The notes under the pieces: generated by a model
Databases searched by the model: none
Told to the model about the DNA's origin: nothing
What the model saw: the letters and a program-made list of their open reading frames with translations, nothing else
Assembly: GCF_018350175.1 (NCBI RefSeq)
Contig: NC_058368.1
Span: 121,460,001-121,524,000 of the forward strand
Reading direction: 5' to 3'
Origin: Felis catus
Taxonomy: Eukaryota
DNA: 64,000 nucleotides
Translations under genes and position numbers: made by a program
Part shown: positions 62,564 through 64,000 of the stretch, piece by piece
Layout of the letters: the number at the start of each line of letters is the position of its first letter
Position numbering within the stretch: the first letter of the stretch is position 1

Positions 62564-62912
62564 TATATTAGTCTTGTTGGATTGCCATAACAAATACGTA
62601 TCAGAGACTAGGTGGCTTAAACAACATTTATTTTGGGGGAAGTCCGAAATCAGAGTGATGGCCTTTTTCGTTCCTGGTGAGGATTCTCTTTATGATGGCC
62701 ACTTTCTTGCTGTGTCCTCAAATTTTGTAAGGGGAGAAAGAGCTCTTCCTTTTCCTATAAGACCTGCAGTACCATCTGATTAGGGCCCCACACTTATGAC
62801 CTCATTTAACTTTAATTACCTCCTAAAAGCCCTGTCTCCAAATGTAGTCACACAGTGAATTAGAGTTTCAACATAAGAATTTGGGAGTGGGGGCATAAAT
62901 CAGTCTGTAGCA
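62564..62912 (-). mobile_element. MaLR solo LTR (MLT1A-like), antisense
   Basis: TTAGTC..GCCATAACAAA..GGTGGCTTAAACAACA..CTTATGACCTCATTTAAC..TCAACATAAGAATTTGGG..CAGTCTGTAGCA. Confidence 0.75.
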
Positions 62913-64000
62913 ATAGGCCATAATTTACTTACTGTTCTTTGTGGTTGAGGATTTCTGTTGTTTCTCTTATCTTCTATAAAAACAATGCTGTGGTGAGCCT
63001 CCTTGTTGCTAAACCTTTCGTTATCTTTTTATGATTCGTTGCTGAATTAAAGGGAATTTTAAGACTTTTTATTTGTGCTCTGCCAAATTGTTTGCCAAAA
63101 GGGTTGTGCCAGTTGATACTCCCACATGCACTGTGTTAAAGCCTGTCAACATTGTAATGTGGATCCATCAAAATGTTTTGAACCAGTTTTGTAAGTGAAA
63201 AATTATACTTGTTTTACTTTGCTTTTCTTTTTTTAAAATAAATTTTATTTATTTATTTATTTATTTAGAGTGTGAGCTGGGGAGGGGCAGAGGGGGTGGG
63301 GCGGGGGAAATCCCAAGCAGGCTTTGCAGTCAGCACAGAGCCAGACATTGGGCTCATACTCACAAAACTATGAGATTATGACATGAGTCAAAATCAAGAG
63401 TCAGACACTTAACCCTCTGAGCCACCCAGGTGCCCCATTTGCTTTTTTAAATTACTACATAGATTCTGATTTATATAGATCATTTGCAGGTTTTTTTGGA
63501 TATGCCTATTGATTGTCTTCGCCCATTTTTTATGAAGCCATTTATAATAGTGCTTTTCCAAGCCATTGCTTGTCATGTATATCAAAAATAGTTCTTCTAT
63601 TCATCATTTAGTTTAGGGTATATTTGGACTGACAGATTTTAAATTTTTATGTGGTAGAATTTACTACTGTTTGTCTTTATGGATCCTGTTTTTATAGGTA
63701 TGCATAAAAAGATTTTCCAAACACTCAGATTGTACAGATATTCACCTTTTTTCTTCTGTGTTTTTATTGGTTTTTTGTTGTTGTTGTTGTTATGGTAAAA
63801 TATTTTCTTTCTCTGGAGTTTATTTGGATGTAGGATATCAGGGAGGGATCTAACAACTTTTCCCTAACTGGTTATGTAACATTACTAGGATTCTTTATTG
63901 AATAGTCTTTTTTGTATATAATTTGAAAAATATGCGTATTATCTTTTAGGGTGATGGAGAACTGTACTTACAAAGCTTTCGGAATGGATTTCAGCAGGTT

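Noticed and set aside
1..63440. Many ORFs with MAQSVKRPTSAQVMIS / LTAQSLEPASDSVS motifs resembling a gene family
   Set aside because: They are translations of CanSINE copies.

Overview
Mammalian genomic DNA, most likely a felid, judged from the felid-type CanSINEs and L1 3' ends. The window holds two divergently oriented genes about 15 kb apart. On the minus strand, near 460-820, is a promoter and a first exon coding only Met-Ala, most likely LARS1. On the plus strand are the CpG-island promoter and coding exons 1-12 of RBM27 (15584-60781): 1887 nt that splice at GT-AG junctions into one open 629-codon frame (PWI, RS, CCCH zinc finger, Pro/PG-rich region, start of the RRM); the gene continues past the window. 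The rest is intronic or intergenic, with dozens of CanSINEs plus L1, L2, MIR, MER and MaLR relics and microsatellites. I found no prokaryote-type system. The best leads are a ~50-bp-period motif/spacer array at the start of RBM27 intron 1, a uORF in the RBM27 leader, a candidate poison exon near cassette-like exon 9, a twin-primed inverted L1, a SINE+L1 unit inside one TSD, and repeatedly reused insertion sites. Gene and repeat names come from recall, not from a database search.
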